A DNA stretch of 64,000 nt. It comes from Planctomycetota bacterium (GTDB lineage: Bacteria; Planctomycetota; Phycisphaerae; UBA1845). The position numbers and the translations under genes are program-made. Positions 47,201 through 56,506 of the stretch are shown here, piece by piece (position 1 is the stretch's first letter; every line of letters begins with the position of its first letter). The notes under the pieces were generated by a model. The model saw only the letters and a program-made list of their open reading frames with translations. It was not told the DNA's origin and did no database searches. The DNA is taken from NCBI GenBank assembly GCA_016200265.1, contig JACQFE010000074.1, positions 671 through 64,670 on the forward strand, in the 5' to 3' direction.

Positions 47201-47528
47201 CATCAACGCCGGCGCGAATCCCGATCCCAATTGCGGCCAACCGAACATGCCGCCTTGCCCCCCTGCCGCCGACCTCGACGGCCGTCCGCGAATCCTCTGC
47301 GGCACGGTCGATATCGGCGCGTACGAATTCGGCATAGTCGGCGATTACAACTGCGACCAAACCGTAGACCTCGAAGATTCTTCCAATTGGGCAGCATGCG
47401 TGAGTGGACCGCTACCTGACCGTCGCGGCTCGGAAATTCCGGCATGCATAGCCTTCGATTTCGACGCCGACGGCGACATTGATCTCAAGGACTTCTACGG
47501 CCTGCAAAATGCCTTTGTTGATCACTAA
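44283..47528 (+). CDS. Giant secreted protein: ~19 DCNxNGIPDxC repeats + PMP-type (GGA-I/L/V, FxxN) parallel beta-helix repeats + C-terminal dockerin/EF-hand-like module
   Basis: Track ORF starts at 43839, but its first 148 codons are translated repeat elements. ATG 44283 gives MSQRKLSVCSHPRRRGQEFLAAIALVAWLAI (signal-like). DCN repeats occupy 44508-45540. About 12 FxxN...GGA units (e.g. FEANSAQFGGAIS, FSRNSAEFGGAAF) occupy ~45960-46980. The C-terminus reads DYNCDQTVDLED...FDFDADGDIDLKDF. Confidence 0.8.
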   Translation: MSQRKLSVCSHPRRRGQEFLAAIALVAWLAIDRAIALPPNQTLDDARLPAIATSPIPTLQAGQFDPCAVSSPDDLDCNHDGILDFCDLDIGISSDCNNNGIPDECDIADGTSGDCDHNGIPDECWPDCNGNGVPDVCDIVNGDAIDCDGDLVPDNCELAQHPEKDCNQNGIPDLCDVFNGTSADCNRNYVPDECEIRAHQVNDCNLNGIPDSCDIASGASDCDSDGVIDECEMSYGTDCNHNGVYDPCDIQRGTSEDCNQNHIPDECDVQLTGHDCDRNGIVDSCELAAGTAQDCDHDHRIDACAIARGQVTDCNHNGIPDSCDLALDASLDCDGDHVFDSCAIASGLVSDCDRNGVPDSCQFASGDFLDCDGNGVIDVCDIFAGNVEDCNANGIPDECDISSGNSVDENGNGTPDECEGIRRYVSAAAAPGGDGRTWFHAMQNLQDALDAIALRDTDNREIWVSQGTYYPTKRTNPNDPRSATFALVEGVSIRGGFAGPGRPDPNARFFGTTLSGDIDENDSPDYQNYGENVYHVVTASGLADATLDGVTIRGGNANVGSIPCGGGLNIAYAGLHIQSCVFEQNLAGSPSLPPGEGSVAWSNGGGAGICILNSEQSVFISDSDFYGNHTTGTGSAIVIVGGPLEVDNCSFEENGAEHGATVSDEGYASIYIAQSTFDSNHGAGVSGGSVELIGDVFKYNVGSYGGAASLSGNAMVSDCLFEANSAQFGGAISAGRAHLTINNSRFFRNYATNGGSIDLENCPSAKIDSSLFSRNSAEFGGAAFVRSDATFIDCNFSDNYSQTSGGAVQIAGGNTRFEANRFSNNHSEAGGALEIDSGMTSINDCMLSTNHAAFGGAISQTGGEMVIEACTIAANSSNGLGGGVITSGDTTIRNAILWGNVEDPNGGAYTDELAQVEGIRFVDFSHSCVQGWTGTYGDDTNYGDDPMFVDPLGPDHQPRTGDEDYHLSSGSPCINAGANPDPNCGQPNMPPCPPAADLDGRPRILCGTVDIGAYEFGIVGDYNCDQTVDLEDSSNWAACVSGPLPDRRGSEIPACIAFDFDADGDIDLKDFYGLQNAFVDH

Positions 47529-47710
47529 AAAACTGAGACTTTCGATCGGCTCAAACTTGCCCGCTCCATCAAAAAGTAATTTTCATCGAGCGCCCATGAC
47601 GTTATTGGGGTATGACAACGCGCATGGTCTGAACGAGTGGGATCGAGAAGAATGTTGAATTGACAGACAAATCGGCAATTGGAAATTGGTAATCGGCATT
47701 GCATACTTGA

Positions 47711-47880
47711 GTGCCACACAATGACACTCGAGAAAAAATACTTTACCAAACGAACCCATCTGAAAGTGTCACTGGACCGCAGAGGCTTGATTGCGCAAAG
47801 AGGCCCTTTGCGCCCCGAATTCGACTCTTCGAATTACTTGAACTTCGTTTCGATTTCTCGAAGTATCGGCGTTTCGACTT
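47711..47880. repeat. Composite interspersed repeat, copy 2 (inverted relative to copy 1)
   Basis: The reverse complement of 47711-47772 aligns with 22130-22190. A TCGAA-rich module at ~47821-47880 has the same relative position. Both copies translate to ...KRTHLKVSL... in spurious track ORFs. Confidence 0.8.
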
Positions 47881-47886
47881 TTGCTT

Positions 47887-48468
47887 TCAGCTCGTCGTCA
47901 CGGCCGCACGCTTGCTCGGATATCGCTCATCCAAAACCTTGTTCCACTTCGCGAGCTGCTTGTCGTGCTTTTCGTTCAGCGCCGTGCAATCGCCTTCGAT
48001 GGAGATGCAGGTCATGACGTCGCCCTGCTTGATTGCGTTCACAACGTCTTGACCATCGACGACTCGGCCGAAGATCGAATGGCGTCGATCGAGCCATGCG
48101 GTGGCCGCGTGCGTGATGAAGAATTGACTGCCGTTGGTGTCGGGCCCGGCGTTAGCCATCGAGAGAACGCCCGGTGCGTCATGTTTGTGTTTCGAATGGA
48201 ACTCGTCTCGAAATTGATAACCCGGGCCGCCGGTTCCGGTGCCCGTGGGATCGCCGCCCTGGATCATGAAATCCGGAATGACCCGATGAAATTTCAAACC
48301 GTCGTAGTATCCGCGACGTGCGAGGTTCACAAAGTTTGCGACTGTCAGATCGGCCTCTGTGGGAAACAGCTTGGCGCGAATTCTTCCTTTGCTCGTCTCG
48401 ATGACGGCGAACAACTCGCCGCCCGGTTCCGATTCTTCAACCATCTCGTTCTCCACTCGACCGATCAA
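47887..48468 (-). CDS. ppiB: Cyclophilin-type peptidyl-prolyl cis-trans isomerase
   Basis: Motifs are [43 protein letters not shown] and [11 protein letters not shown]. Confidence 0.9.
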   Translation of the reverse strand: MIGRVENEMVEESEPGGELFAVIETSKGRIRAKLFPTEADLTVANFVNLARRGYYDGLKFHRVIPDFMIQGGDPTGTGTGGPGYQFRDEFHSKHKHDAPGVLSMANAGPDTNGSQFFITHAATAWLDRRHSIFGRVVDGQDVVNAIKQGDVMTCISIEGDCTALNEKHDKQLAKWNKVLDERYPSKRAAVTTS

Positions 48469-48659
48469 TCGGTCCTTGCGTTCTCATTTTGGCGACGGAT
48501 TCCATCGACGAAAACAACGCTTGCCTATCCGCGCCACTTTTTCTTGCTGATCCGGCCGCGACGCCGAACGGGTAGAGTAAATCGCGCCGGCATCGCTTGC
48601 AAGATAATTCGGACCGGAAAACCCGGTCTCTGCAAGTTTTTTACGATTCAGTTGCGCGA

Positions 48660-49460
48660 TTATTGCGAGGCGGCAAGCGGGACAACTTTCGGACCGAGCC
48701 TTGGAACCGCCGCCACCAGTGCTTTTGTGTAAGCGTCTTGCGGCGAGCGGAATACGGCGCGGCTTCCGCCGGTTTCGACGATTCTGCCGCGTTGCATCAC
48801 CGCCACTCGCTCGCAGAACCCGGCAACCACGGCCAGATTATGCGAAATCAGCAGGTAGGTGAGCGAAAGCTCTCGGCGAAGATCGTTCAAAAGGTTGAGT
48901 ATCTGGGCCTGAACGGAGACATCAAGGGCGCTGACGGGCTCGTCAAAAACGATAAAGTTCGGTCGCGCGGCCAACGCCCGGGCGATGGCCACCCGCTGCC
49001 GCTGCCCTCCCGAAAGTTCGCGCGGAAACCGGGCGGCCGAACTCGGTGGCAACCCGACCTTGTCCAGCAGTTCGTCCACTTGGCGAAGGCGATCCCGACG
49101 CGAGCCGACGCGTTGGAGGACCATCGGTTCGGCCACGGAAATTCCGATCCGAAGACGCGGATTCAAACTCCCGGCCGCATCCTGGAGGACGATTTGCATT
49201 CCTTGACGGCTGGAGTGTCCGATTCCGTGCCCAAGTTTTCGACCGCAAAACTGAATTATGCCTTCGTCCGGAGTTGTAAGGCCGACAATGACTCTTCCGG
49301 CCGTCGTCTTGCCGCTGCCGCTCTCGCCGACCAAACCCAGGCTCTCACCGCGATCAATGTGAAAGCTGACGCCATCGACGGCGCGAATCGTTTGTCGCTC
49401 GCGTCCGTGAAAAATCACGGTCAGTCGATCAACTTTCAGGAGCGGATCGTCGGGCGGCAT
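48660..49460 (-). CDS. ABC transporter ATP-binding protein, Dpp/Opp (DppF/OppF)-like, without adjacent permease
   Basis: Track ORF 48660..49523; ATG 49460 lies 20 nt after the ygfZ stop. Walker A is GESGSGKTT, the signature LSGGQRQR, and Walker B FIVFDEPVSALD. Confidence 0.8.
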   Translation of the reverse strand: MPPDDPLLKVDRLTVIFHGRERQTIRAVDGVSFHIDRGESLGLVGESGSGKTTAGRVIVGLTTPDEGIIQFCGRKLGHGIGHSSRQGMQIVLQDAAGSLNPRLRIGISVAEPMVLQRVGSRRDRLRQVDELLDKVGLPPSSAARFPRELSGGQRQRVAIARALAARPNFIVFDEPVSALDVSVQAQILNLLNDLRRELSLTYLLISHNLAVVAGFCERVAVMQRGRIVETGGSRAVFRSPQDAYTKALVAAVPRLGPKVVPLAASQ

Positions 49461-49480
49461 GATTCTTGCTCTGGAGTCGA

Positions 49481-50548
49481 TCACGATTGTGACGGTACAT
49501 GAGGCAAGGAAACCACAGTGCAACGAACTGCTTGATCTCCGACGTTCACCGAAAGCACAGTCCCGGATTCGGCGGCCCCGGTCTTTACATAACCGAGCCC
49601 AATTCCAGACCCTTTCGCAATCGATCGGCAGGCGCTGGTGAGCGTCCCTGCCGGCGAACCATCAGTTGCTGTCAATTGCGAAGGGATCGGCGGCACATTT
49701 TCGCCTTCAATCGTGAGACCGCTCAGCAGCCGGGCGACGACACTTCGAGATCGCATCCGTTCCACGACTTCTTGACCTAGATAGCAACCTTTTTGGAAAC
49801 TGACGGCGCGCTCGGTTTGCCGCGTTTCCGCCGGAAGATACTCGTCCGTGATTTCAAATCCAGGCCAGGGAATACCAGCCTCGATTCGGCGAATCTGAAT
49901 GACCTCGTCACCGACAGTGCACACGGTTTCCGGCCGCGCGGAATCGCTAATGTGCTTGCGGAAGGCGTCGATCATTTCTCGCGACACGAAGAACTGCACG
50001 CCAAACGGACCGCAGAAGTCATTTCGCATCGCGGTCATTGCTCGACCATCGAAATTCACTTCGGCGGCGCTGTATTGGCTCGTCGCTCTTGCCTGTGGCA
50101 ATCCGAGGTTGGCCAGCAATTTCGGCGCCTTCGCTCCACTAACTCCGAACACCGCGAATTCCATCGAGCGATCGCGGACTTGCACGTCCTCCATCACGAT
50201 ATACTTGTTGAAATGCGTGATCGCCCGATCCAGGAACAACTGATCAACGCTGACCCAAAGGCAGTCGCCGCGGTTGACGGCGATGAGATCAAAGAGAATC
50301 CGCCCTTTTGCGTTGGTGGCAAAGGAATAATTGCCTTCGTTTTGTTGAAGGGTCTTCACCTGGTTGGTCGTGAGGTTGTGCAGCCAGGAGATCCGGTCTT
50401 TTCCCTGGATTTCAATTAGGGCCCAATTCACTGGGCAAATTGCGATTCCGTCATGGAGGGCCCCGTATTCCGAGGCCAAATCCTCAGGTTTCCGGGCCGA
50501 TTCGTTACCGGACTCTCTTGATGGACTTATTGCTGATTCCGAGATCAT
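49481..50548 (-). CDS. ygfZ: Folate-binding GcvT-fold protein YgfZ (Fe-S cluster assembly/repair factor)
   Basis: It has an aminomethyltransferase-like fold with the YgfZ signature KGCYLGQEVVERM. Confidence 0.75.
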   Translation of the reverse strand: MISESAISPSRESGNESARKPEDLASEYGALHDGIAICPVNWALIEIQGKDRISWLHNLTTNQVKTLQQNEGNYSFATNAKGRILFDLIAVNRGDCLWVSVDQLFLDRAITHFNKYIVMEDVQVRDRSMEFAVFGVSGAKAPKLLANLGLPQARATSQYSAAEVNFDGRAMTAMRNDFCGPFGVQFFVSREMIDAFRKHISDSARPETVCTVGDEVIQIRRIEAGIPWPGFEITDEYLPAETRQTERAVSFQKGCYLGQEVVERMRSRSVVARLLSGLTIEGENVPPIPSQLTATDGSPAGTLTSACRSIAKGSGIGLGYVKTGAAESGTVLSVNVGDQAVRCTVVSLPHVPSQS

Positions 50549-50594
50549 TGCAATTCCTTACTTCCTTATATTCACTGATTCGCCGATCAACCAG

Positions 50595-50623
50595 TTGATA
50601 TAGTACTGAATCAGTGCTATATT
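50595..50623 (+). promoter_or_regulatory. Sigma-70-like promoter of the isc operon overlapped by an IscR-type inverted repeat
   Basis: TTGATA (50595-50600), a 17-nt spacer, then TATATT (50618-50623), 17 nt before ATG 50640. The spacer and its flanks form the palindrome ATAGTACTGAATCAGTGCTAT (50600-50620, 18 of 21 self-complementary). It resembles the E. coli type-1 IscR site pattern ATA...TAT. Confidence 0.55.
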
Positions 50624-50639
50624 ATATAGGGCGGTACGA

Positions 50640-51110
50640 ATGCTGGCACTGACCAAGAAAACTGACTACGCGTTGATCGCGCTGACTCACCTGGCCAAGA
50701 AGTCAGGCGAGCTCATCAATGCGAGAGGATTGGCGGCAGCTTCGCGAATCCCTTTGCCCATGCTGACCAATATTCTAAAGGTATTGGCCCACGAGGGAAT
50801 CGTCGGCAGCGAGCGCGGGTCCAGCGGTGGGTACGTGCTCAAACGAAAACCATCATCGGTCAACCTGCACGAATTGATTTCAGCGGTCGAAGGTCCATTT
50901 CACTTTGTGCAATGCTTCATGGCCGCTGAACGAAGCAATCTGGAAGGTGAAGGGTGTGAATTGGAGCATTCGTGCCCGATTCGCACTCCGGCACTTAGGA
51001 TTCAAGGACGGTTGGAAGAGTTTTTGAAGAGTGTAACTCTCGCGGAGCTGTTGGAAGGAAATCCCCAACGCGGCGAGGTATCGGTGCGAATGAATTTGCT
51101 GCACGGCTAG
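50640..51110 (+). CDS. iscR: Rrf2-family Fe-S cluster regulator IscR
   Basis: The N-terminal wHTH reads [20 protein letters not shown]. Three clustered Cys residues (C-x13-C-x5-C) sit in the expected ligand region. It is the first gene of the isc operon. Confidence 0.85.
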   Translation: MLALTKKTDYALIALTHLAKKSGELINARGLAAASRIPLPMLTNILKVLAHEGIVGSERGSSGGYVLKRKPSSVNLHELISAVEGPFHFVQCFMAAERSNLEGEGCELEHSCPIRTPALRIQGRLEEFLKSVTLAELLEGNPQRGEVSVRMNLLHG

Positions 51111-51130
51111 TATGCAACGGAGTTCGAGAA

Positions 51131-52345
51131 ATGACGAGACAGGTGTATCTGGACAATAACGCGACGACGCCGGTTGATCCGCGCGTGGTGGATGCGATGC
51201 TTCCATTCCTTCGCGAGAACTTTGGGAATTCGGCGAGCCGAAACCATGCTTTTGGCTGGGTCGCTGAAGAAGGCGTCGAGAAAGCGCGGGAGCAAGTCGC
51301 AGAGGTCATCTGCGCATCAAGCAAAGAGATCATCTGGACCAGCGGCGCCACCGAAAGCAACAATACGGCCATCATCGGCGTGGCGCGAATGTATGCCGAC
51401 AAGGGCAAGCACATCATCACCGAAAAAATTGAACACAAGGCCGTCATCGATCCGTGCAAGTTCCTGGAGACCGAAGGATTCGAAGTAACCTGGCTGGAGC
51501 CTGATCCGACGGGCCGAATCAGCGTCGAGCAGGTTCGCAATGCCATGCGTGATGACACGATCCTTGTGTCGATTATGTTTGCCAACAACGAAATCGGAAC
51601 CATCAATCCGATCGGCGAGATCGGCGCTCTCTGCAAGGAACGCGGCGTGCTCTTTCATACGGACGCGACGCAAGCATTCGGAAAGACTCCGATCGACGTG
51701 GAAGCAATGGGCGTCGATTTGCTGAGCATGTCGGCTCACAAGATTTATGGCCCGAAGGGCGTTGGAGCATTGTACGTGCGTCGCAAGAAGCCGCGCGTGC
51801 GTTTGCAGCCGTTGATTCACGGCGGCGGTCACGAGCGCGGAATGCGGAGCGGTACGTTGAATGTTCCGGGTATTGTCGGATTCGGGGCGGCCGCTCACAT
51901 TGCTCTAACGGAAATGCCCACTGAGAGCGTGAAGATTTCGCGACTTCGCGATCGGCTGTGGGCCGGCTTGAGCGAGCATCTGACCGACATTCACCTGAAC
52001 GGAAACCTTGAGCATAGGCTGCCAAACACACTGAATGTCAGTTTCCTCTATGTCGAAGGCGAAAGCCTGATGATGGGATTCAGCGACATCGCGGTGAGCA
52101 GCGGCAGTGCGTGCACCAGCGCTTCGTTGGAACCGAGCTACGTTCTAAAGGGACTCGGCATGGGCGATGACATCGCCCACAGTTCGATCCGTTTCTCGTT
52201 GGGCCGGTTCACGACGGAAGATGAAATCGACTACACGATCGAACAGGTCGTGAAGACCGTAAACCATTTACGAGCGATGAGCCCGCTCTATGAAATGGCT
52301 CAACAGGGAATCGATTTGTCCAAGGTGGAGTGGCAGCATCATTGA
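51131..52345 (+). CDS. iscS: Cysteine desulfurase IscS
   Basis: The PLP-Lys motif is [15 protein letters not shown]. The catalytic loop reads SSGSACTS. The gene sits in isc context. Confidence 0.95.
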   Translation: MTRQVYLDNNATTPVDPRVVDAMLPFLRENFGNSASRNHAFGWVAEEGVEKAREQVAEVICASSKEIIWTSGATESNNTAIIGVARMYADKGKHIITEKIEHKAVIDPCKFLETEGFEVTWLEPDPTGRISVEQVRNAMRDDTILVSIMFANNEIGTINPIGEIGALCKERGVLFHTDATQAFGKTPIDVEAMGVDLLSMSAHKIYGPKGVGALYVRRKKPRVRLQPLIHGGGHERGMRSGTLNVPGIVGFGAAAHIALTEMPTESVKISRLRDRLWAGLSEHLTDIHLNGNLEHRLPNTLNVSFLYVEGESLMMGFSDIAVSSGSACTSASLEPSYVLKGLGMGDDIAHSSIRFSLGRFTTEDEIDYTIEQVVKTVNHLRAMSPLYEMAQQGIDLSKVEWQHH

Positions 52346-52410
52346 TACGTAGTGCAACAACGACTCTTTGTATCGCCGAACGGCATTGGATCGCATAAAA
52401 GGAAACGATC

Positions 52411-52836
52411 ATGGCTTATAGCGACAAAATTGTAGATCACTTTCAAAACCCAAGAAACGTCGGATCGATGGATACGGCCTCGCCCAAGGTGGGAACCGGC
52501 ATTGTCGGAGCCCCGGAATGCGGCGACGTGATGAAGCTGCAAATTATGGTGGATGACAAGCAGCGCATCGTTGACGCCAAATTTAAGACTTTCGGCTGCG
52601 GTAGCGCCATCGCCAGCAGTTCACTGGCCACCGAATGGATCAAGGGTCGAACGCTCGATGAGGCGATGGAGTTGAAAAATACCGACATCGTCACCGAACT
52701 CGCCCTGCCGCCGGTGAAAATTCATTGTAGCGTATTGGCCGAAGACGCCGTCCGCGCCGCGATCGCCGACGTAAAAAAGAAGATGAACGGAAAGCAGGAA
52801 AATGCCGTGGCGGGTGCGCATGCGGCCGCGAAGTAA
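52411..52836 (+). CDS. iscU: Fe-S cluster assembly scaffold IscU
   Basis: Motifs are GAPECGDVM, FKTFGCGSAIASSS and the conserved Cys in PVKIHCSVLAEDA. Confidence 0.95.
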   Translation: MAYSDKIVDHFQNPRNVGSMDTASPKVGTGIVGAPECGDVMKLQIMVDDKQRIVDAKFKTFGCGSAIASSSLATEWIKGRTLDEAMELKNTDIVTELALPPVKIHCSVLAEDAVRAAIADVKKKMNGKQENAVAGAHAAAK

Positions 52837-52949
52837 TTGGAGTCATATCGCTGCGTCATTGTGATTTGAGCAGACGCGGCGTGCGTAAAGCAGGAAGCAA
52901 TGAAGGAATGGTTTGCCCTATCGCAGGGTCATTGGGAGCATCGCGAGAC

Positions 52950-53300
52950 ATGGTTATCTTAACGGAATTGGCAGCGAAGGAAGTCAAGCAGATCATCGAT
53001 CAGCAGCAGTCGTCGGCCAAGAAGAACGGGGACGCGACACAGTCGATGTTTCTCCGTGTGGGTGTCAAGGGCGGCGGTTGCAGCGGGTTCAGCTACACGC
53101 TGGATCTCACCGAATCCAAAGGCGAGAACGATGAGGAATGGGATCAGTTCGGGATTCCGGTCATTTGCGATTCCAAGAGCATGTTGTATTTGGACGGCGC
53201 AACGGTGGACTTCAAGGATGAATTGATGGGTCGCGGCTTCGTGTTCCGCAATCCGAATGCTTCGAGTTCTTGCGGATGTGGATCGAGCTTCTCGGCTTAG
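52950..53300 (+). CDS. iscA: IscA/HesB-family A-type Fe-S carrier
   Basis: Track ORF 52866..53300; ATG 52950 (MVILTELAAKEVKQI) fits family length. Motifs are GGGCSGFSY and the C-terminal CGCGSSF. Confidence 0.9.
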   Translation: MVILTELAAKEVKQIIDQQQSSAKKNGDATQSMFLRVGVKGGGCSGFSYTLDLTESKGENDEEWDQFGIPVICDSKSMLYLDGATVDFKDELMGRGFVFRNPNASSSCGCGSSFSA

Positions 53301-53330
53301 TCCGTATCTCAGGCCCGCTGGTCGCCGATC

Positions 53331-53993
53331 GTGATGCGTATGAGTCCGGCTCCGGAAAACTCGGCGCGCCGTTGCCCGCAATGCGATGCGCAATTGAACA
53401 ATTGGATCGCGTGCGACTCCTGTGAATCACTATTCGATGTCGATAGGCCGGTAACGCATTTTGAACTATTCGACTTGCCGCAGGGCTTCGGCATCGACCA
53501 CGAACTTCTTTCGCGGGCTTATCGAAAGCTGGCGAGGCGGGTTCATCCGGATCGATTCGCCGATGGCTCTGAGCGAGATCGTGAATTGGCCACACGACTG
53601 AGTGCGCGACTGAACGAGGCCTTTCAAACGCTTCGCGATCCTGTTCGCCGGGCCGATTATTTGCTCACGCAACTTGGCGGGCCTACTGCCGCTGAGTGCC
53701 GCGAAGTGCCCGGCTCGCTTCTCGCGGAAGTGATGGAGATTCGAGAGAAAATTGAGGAGGCGAAATCGAAGGGCGACTCCTCCAGCTTCGAAGCCCTGCA
53801 CGAAGCGATCACGGCCCGCCGAGATTCGACGATTCACGGGATCGAAGCACTCTGTGCGAAATTGGACGGTGCTCCGGGAGAAACTGGCCGGGAGCTTCGC
53901 AAGCTGCTGAACAGCATGAAATACTTTGACAATTTGCTCAGCGACCTTGCAGGCGATCCACTTTCAAAATCGACTGTGAGCGTCGCTCCATAG
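53331..53993 (+). CDS. hscB: J-type co-chaperone HscB with an N-terminal tetra-Cys zinc-finger-like extension
   Basis: The J-domain carries HPDRF. CPQC-x11-CDSC (about 53373-53435) lies upstream of the J-domain. A C-terminal helical bundle follows. Confidence 0.85.
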   Translation: MMRMSPAPENSARRCPQCDAQLNNWIACDSCESLFDVDRPVTHFELFDLPQGFGIDHELLSRAYRKLARRVHPDRFADGSERDRELATRLSARLNEAFQTLRDPVRRADYLLTQLGGPTAAECREVPGSLLAEVMEIREKIEEAKSKGDSSSFEALHEAITARRDSTIHGIEALCAKLDGAPGETGRELRKLLNSMKYFDNLLSDLAGDPLSKSTVSVAP

Positions 53994-54018
53994 CCGCGGC
54001 CTGGGCCGCGCATTTTGA

Positions 54019-55962
54019 ATGAGCAGACGAAGTTTTGTGACAACGACAAACGATCCCATCATCGGCATTGATCTCGGCACGACAAATTCGCTTGTTGCGT
54101 ATGCCGACGAAGCCGGGCCGCATCTCATCCCGAATCCTGATGATTCCAATGATTTCCTGTTGCCGTCGGTCGTGGCGTTCCATGAGGCAGGGAATGTCCT
54201 CGCAATCGGGCGAGAAGCGAGAAGTCACGCCGTCGAGCGTCCATTGACCACAATCCACTCCGTGAAACGATTGATCGGTCGTGGAGCCGCCGACCTGACC
54301 CAAGAAGCCCGGCGACTCACCTATCCACTGAAATCTCATTCATCAGAAGCAGGTCGCGATATCATCGCCGTCAAAATCGGTGATCGTCGCTTCACCCCAC
54401 AGGAAATCAGCGCGATGATTCTCGTCGAACTTCGCCGCTGGGCCGAGCTTCACTTTCAGCGCGATGTCACACGCGCCGTCATTACCGTTCCAGCGCAGTT
54501 CGATGACGCCCAGCGCCAGGCCACTCGCGATGCAGGCGCGATCGCCGGACTCGACGTGATTCGCATTATCAACGAACCGACGGCCGCTGCACTCGCTTAT
54601 GGATTAAATCGCGCGGAACAAGCCACCATTGCCGTGTATGACTTTGGCGGCGGCACGTTTGATATTTCGATTTTGCGACTGGAGGACGGCGTCTTCGAGG
54701 TGCTGGCGACAAACGGCGATACGCACCTCGGCGGCGATGATCTGGATCACGGGTTGATCGGGCTTTTCACTCGCGAAATCGCGGATTCACTCGGCGTTCA
54801 AATTGCTTCGCCGGCGATCCGCCAACAACTGCGCACGCTGGCGGAGAACGTGAAAATGCAGCTCAGCGACGAAGACGTTGCGAATGTCGAAATCGCATTG
54901 CCCCCCTCCTTAACAAGGAGGGGGACGGGGGAGGTTTACCCCCCTGTATCCCCCCTTGGTAAGGGGGGAGGCTCGGAGGCCGTCACATGCCACGAAATCT
55001 ACCGTCGCAAAATCACACGCGGGGAGTTCGAGGACATGGCCCGTCCCTGGGTCGATCGAACCATCGAGGCCTGTGGACGAGCCATGAAAACCGCGCAGCT
55101 AAATCCCGCCGACATTGATCAGGTCGTGCTTGTGGGTGGCTCAACGCGAATTCCCTACGTGCGTCAGCGAGTATCCGAAGTGTTCCAGCGGCGGCCCTAC
55201 ACGGCGCTGGTTCCCGAGCACGTCGTTGCCCTCGGCGCGGGCGTGCAGGCCTCGATTCTCGCGGGCGTCAAGCGCGACGTGCTTTTGCTCGATGTCACGC
55301 CGCTTTCGCTCGGAATCGAGACCATGGGCGGCGCGGTGGGGAAGCTTATTCTCGCCAACACGAAAGTGCCATGTCGCGCGTCGGAAATGTTTACGACGTT
55401 CAAGGACGGCCAAACGAGCATCAAAATAAACGTGCTGCAGGGCGAGCGAGAGCTGGCTGCCGATTGCCGATCGCTTGGCGTGTTTGAGCTTCGCGGCATT
55501 CCGCCGATGCCCGCGGGAATTCCCAAGCTGGAAGTCACCTTCCTCATCGATCAAAACGGAATTCTCAATGTTTCCGCGAAAGAACTTCGCAGCGGCATGG
55601 AAGCGAGCGTGCAGATCGTTCCGACCCACGGGCTCACGCGCGAGGAGGTTTGCAAGATGCAGGCCGAGGCTCTTGCCCATGCGCGCGAGGACATGAGTGC
55701 CCATCACTTGATTGATGTAAGAACCACGTTGGAATTCGACCTTAACAAGGCCGAGCGAATGATTCATCAATTTGGCCGGTTGCTTGAGCCGCGGGAATTG
55801 CGGAGACTTTTGCAACAGGTAAATGAGCTTCGCGATCTGGCCAAGATAAGCAATAATGCTGAAGAGTTGAATCGTCGCCGTGAGGAATTCGACCGAGCGG
55901 TTCTTCCGTTGGCGGAAATGGCGATGTCGGAAACATTGAAGGAAGAAGCGACAAAGATGTAG
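54019..55962 (+). CDS. hscA: Hsp70-type Fe-S assembly chaperone HscA
   Basis: Motifs are [26 protein letters not shown] and [12 protein letters not shown]. It lies in isc context between hscB and fdx. Confidence 0.95.
   Translation: MSRRSFVTTTNDPIIGIDLGTTNSLVAYADEAGPHLIPNPDDSNDFLLPSVVAFHEAGNVLAIGREARSHAVERPLTTIHSVKRLIGRGAADLTQEARRLTYPLKSHSSEAGRDIIAVKIGDRRFTPQEISAMILVELRRWAELHFQRDVTRAVITVPAQFDDAQRQATRDAGAIAGLDVIRIINEPTAAALAYGLNRAEQATIAVYDFGGGTFDISILRLEDGVFEVLATNGDTHLGGDDLDHGLIGLFTREIADSLGVQIASPAIRQQLRTLAENVKMQLSDEDVANVEIALPPSLTRRGTGEVYPPVSPLGKGGGSEAVTCHEIYRRKITRGEFEDMARPWVDRTIEACGRAMKTAQLNPADIDQVVLVGGSTRIPYVRQRVSEVFQRRPYTALVPEHVVALGAGVQASILAGVKRDVLLLDVTPLSLGIETMGGAVGKLILANTKVPCRASEMFTTFKDGQTSIKINVLQGERELAADCRSLGVFELRGIPPMPAGIPKLEVTFLIDQNGILNVSAKELRSGMEASVQIVPTHGLTREEVCKMQAEALAHAREDMSAHHLIDVRTTLEFDLNKAERMIHQFGRLLEPRELRRLLQQVNELRDLAKISNNAEELNRRREEFDRAVLPLAEMAMSETLKEEATKM
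54901..54978. repeat. Two G/C palindromic repeat units inserted in frame within hscA (26 codons)
   Basis: The hairpins are ccccctcctt-aac-aaggaggggg (54902-54924) and ccccctt-ggt-aaggggg (54951-54967). They translate in frame as [26 protein letters not shown]. The second unit belongs to the same family as the intergenic copies at 32228, 43902 and 44163. Confidence 0.8.
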
Positions 55963-56066
55963 GGTGGGCCGTGCCCACCATTATGTAGAAGTTCAAAGTT
56001 CGAAATTCGAAGTTCAAAGACGCAGCGTGGGCACGGGTCCCCCAGGCCTTGGCCTGGGGGACTGAG
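55959..56066. repeat. Intergenic repeat cluster (family C palindrome + TTCGAA-rich module + family B palindrome)
   Basis: It contains, in order, gtagggtgggccgtgcccacc, gttcaaagttcgaaattcgaagttcaaag, and cgggtcccccaggccttggcctgggggactga. Confidence 0.8.
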
Positions 56067-56098
56067 CGGCGGCGACGGGACTACCTTGGGAGATCATC

Positions 56099-56506
56099 AT
56101 GGGCGGCGTGAATCCATACATTCAACAACCGTCGGTGAAAACGCCGACGAAGAAATACAACATCACCTTCCTGCCGATGAACGTGACCGTCGAGGTCGAT
56201 CCGGCCAAGTTCCCTTACGAACACAACGGCCTGCCCGGCAGCATTCTCGACATCGCTCTAGGCACCGGCGTCGCGATCGATCACGCCTGCGGCGGCGTCT
56301 GCGCGTGCTCGACGTGCCATGTCTACGTCAAGCAAGGCCTGGACACGATCAACGAAGCAATGGAGGAAGAAGAGGACCAGCTCGAAAACGCCCCGAATTT
56401 GAAATCGTTCAGCCGACTTTCATGCCAGTGCGTTCCCGACGGCACAAAAGACGTCGTCGTCGAAATCCCGCAATGGAATCGAAATCTCGTCCAAGAGGGG
56501 CATTGA
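56099..56506 (+). CDS. fdx: ISC-type [2Fe-2S] ferredoxin
   Basis: The Cys ligand pattern is CGGVCACSTCHV plus SRLSCQ. It is the last gene of the isc operon. Confidence 0.9.
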   Translation: MGGVNPYIQQPSVKTPTKKYNITFLPMNVTVEVDPAKFPYEHNGLPGSILDIALGTGVAIDHACGGVCACSTCHVYVKQGLDTINEAMEEEEDQLENAPNLKSFSRLSCQCVPDGTKDVVVEIPQWNRNLVQEGH

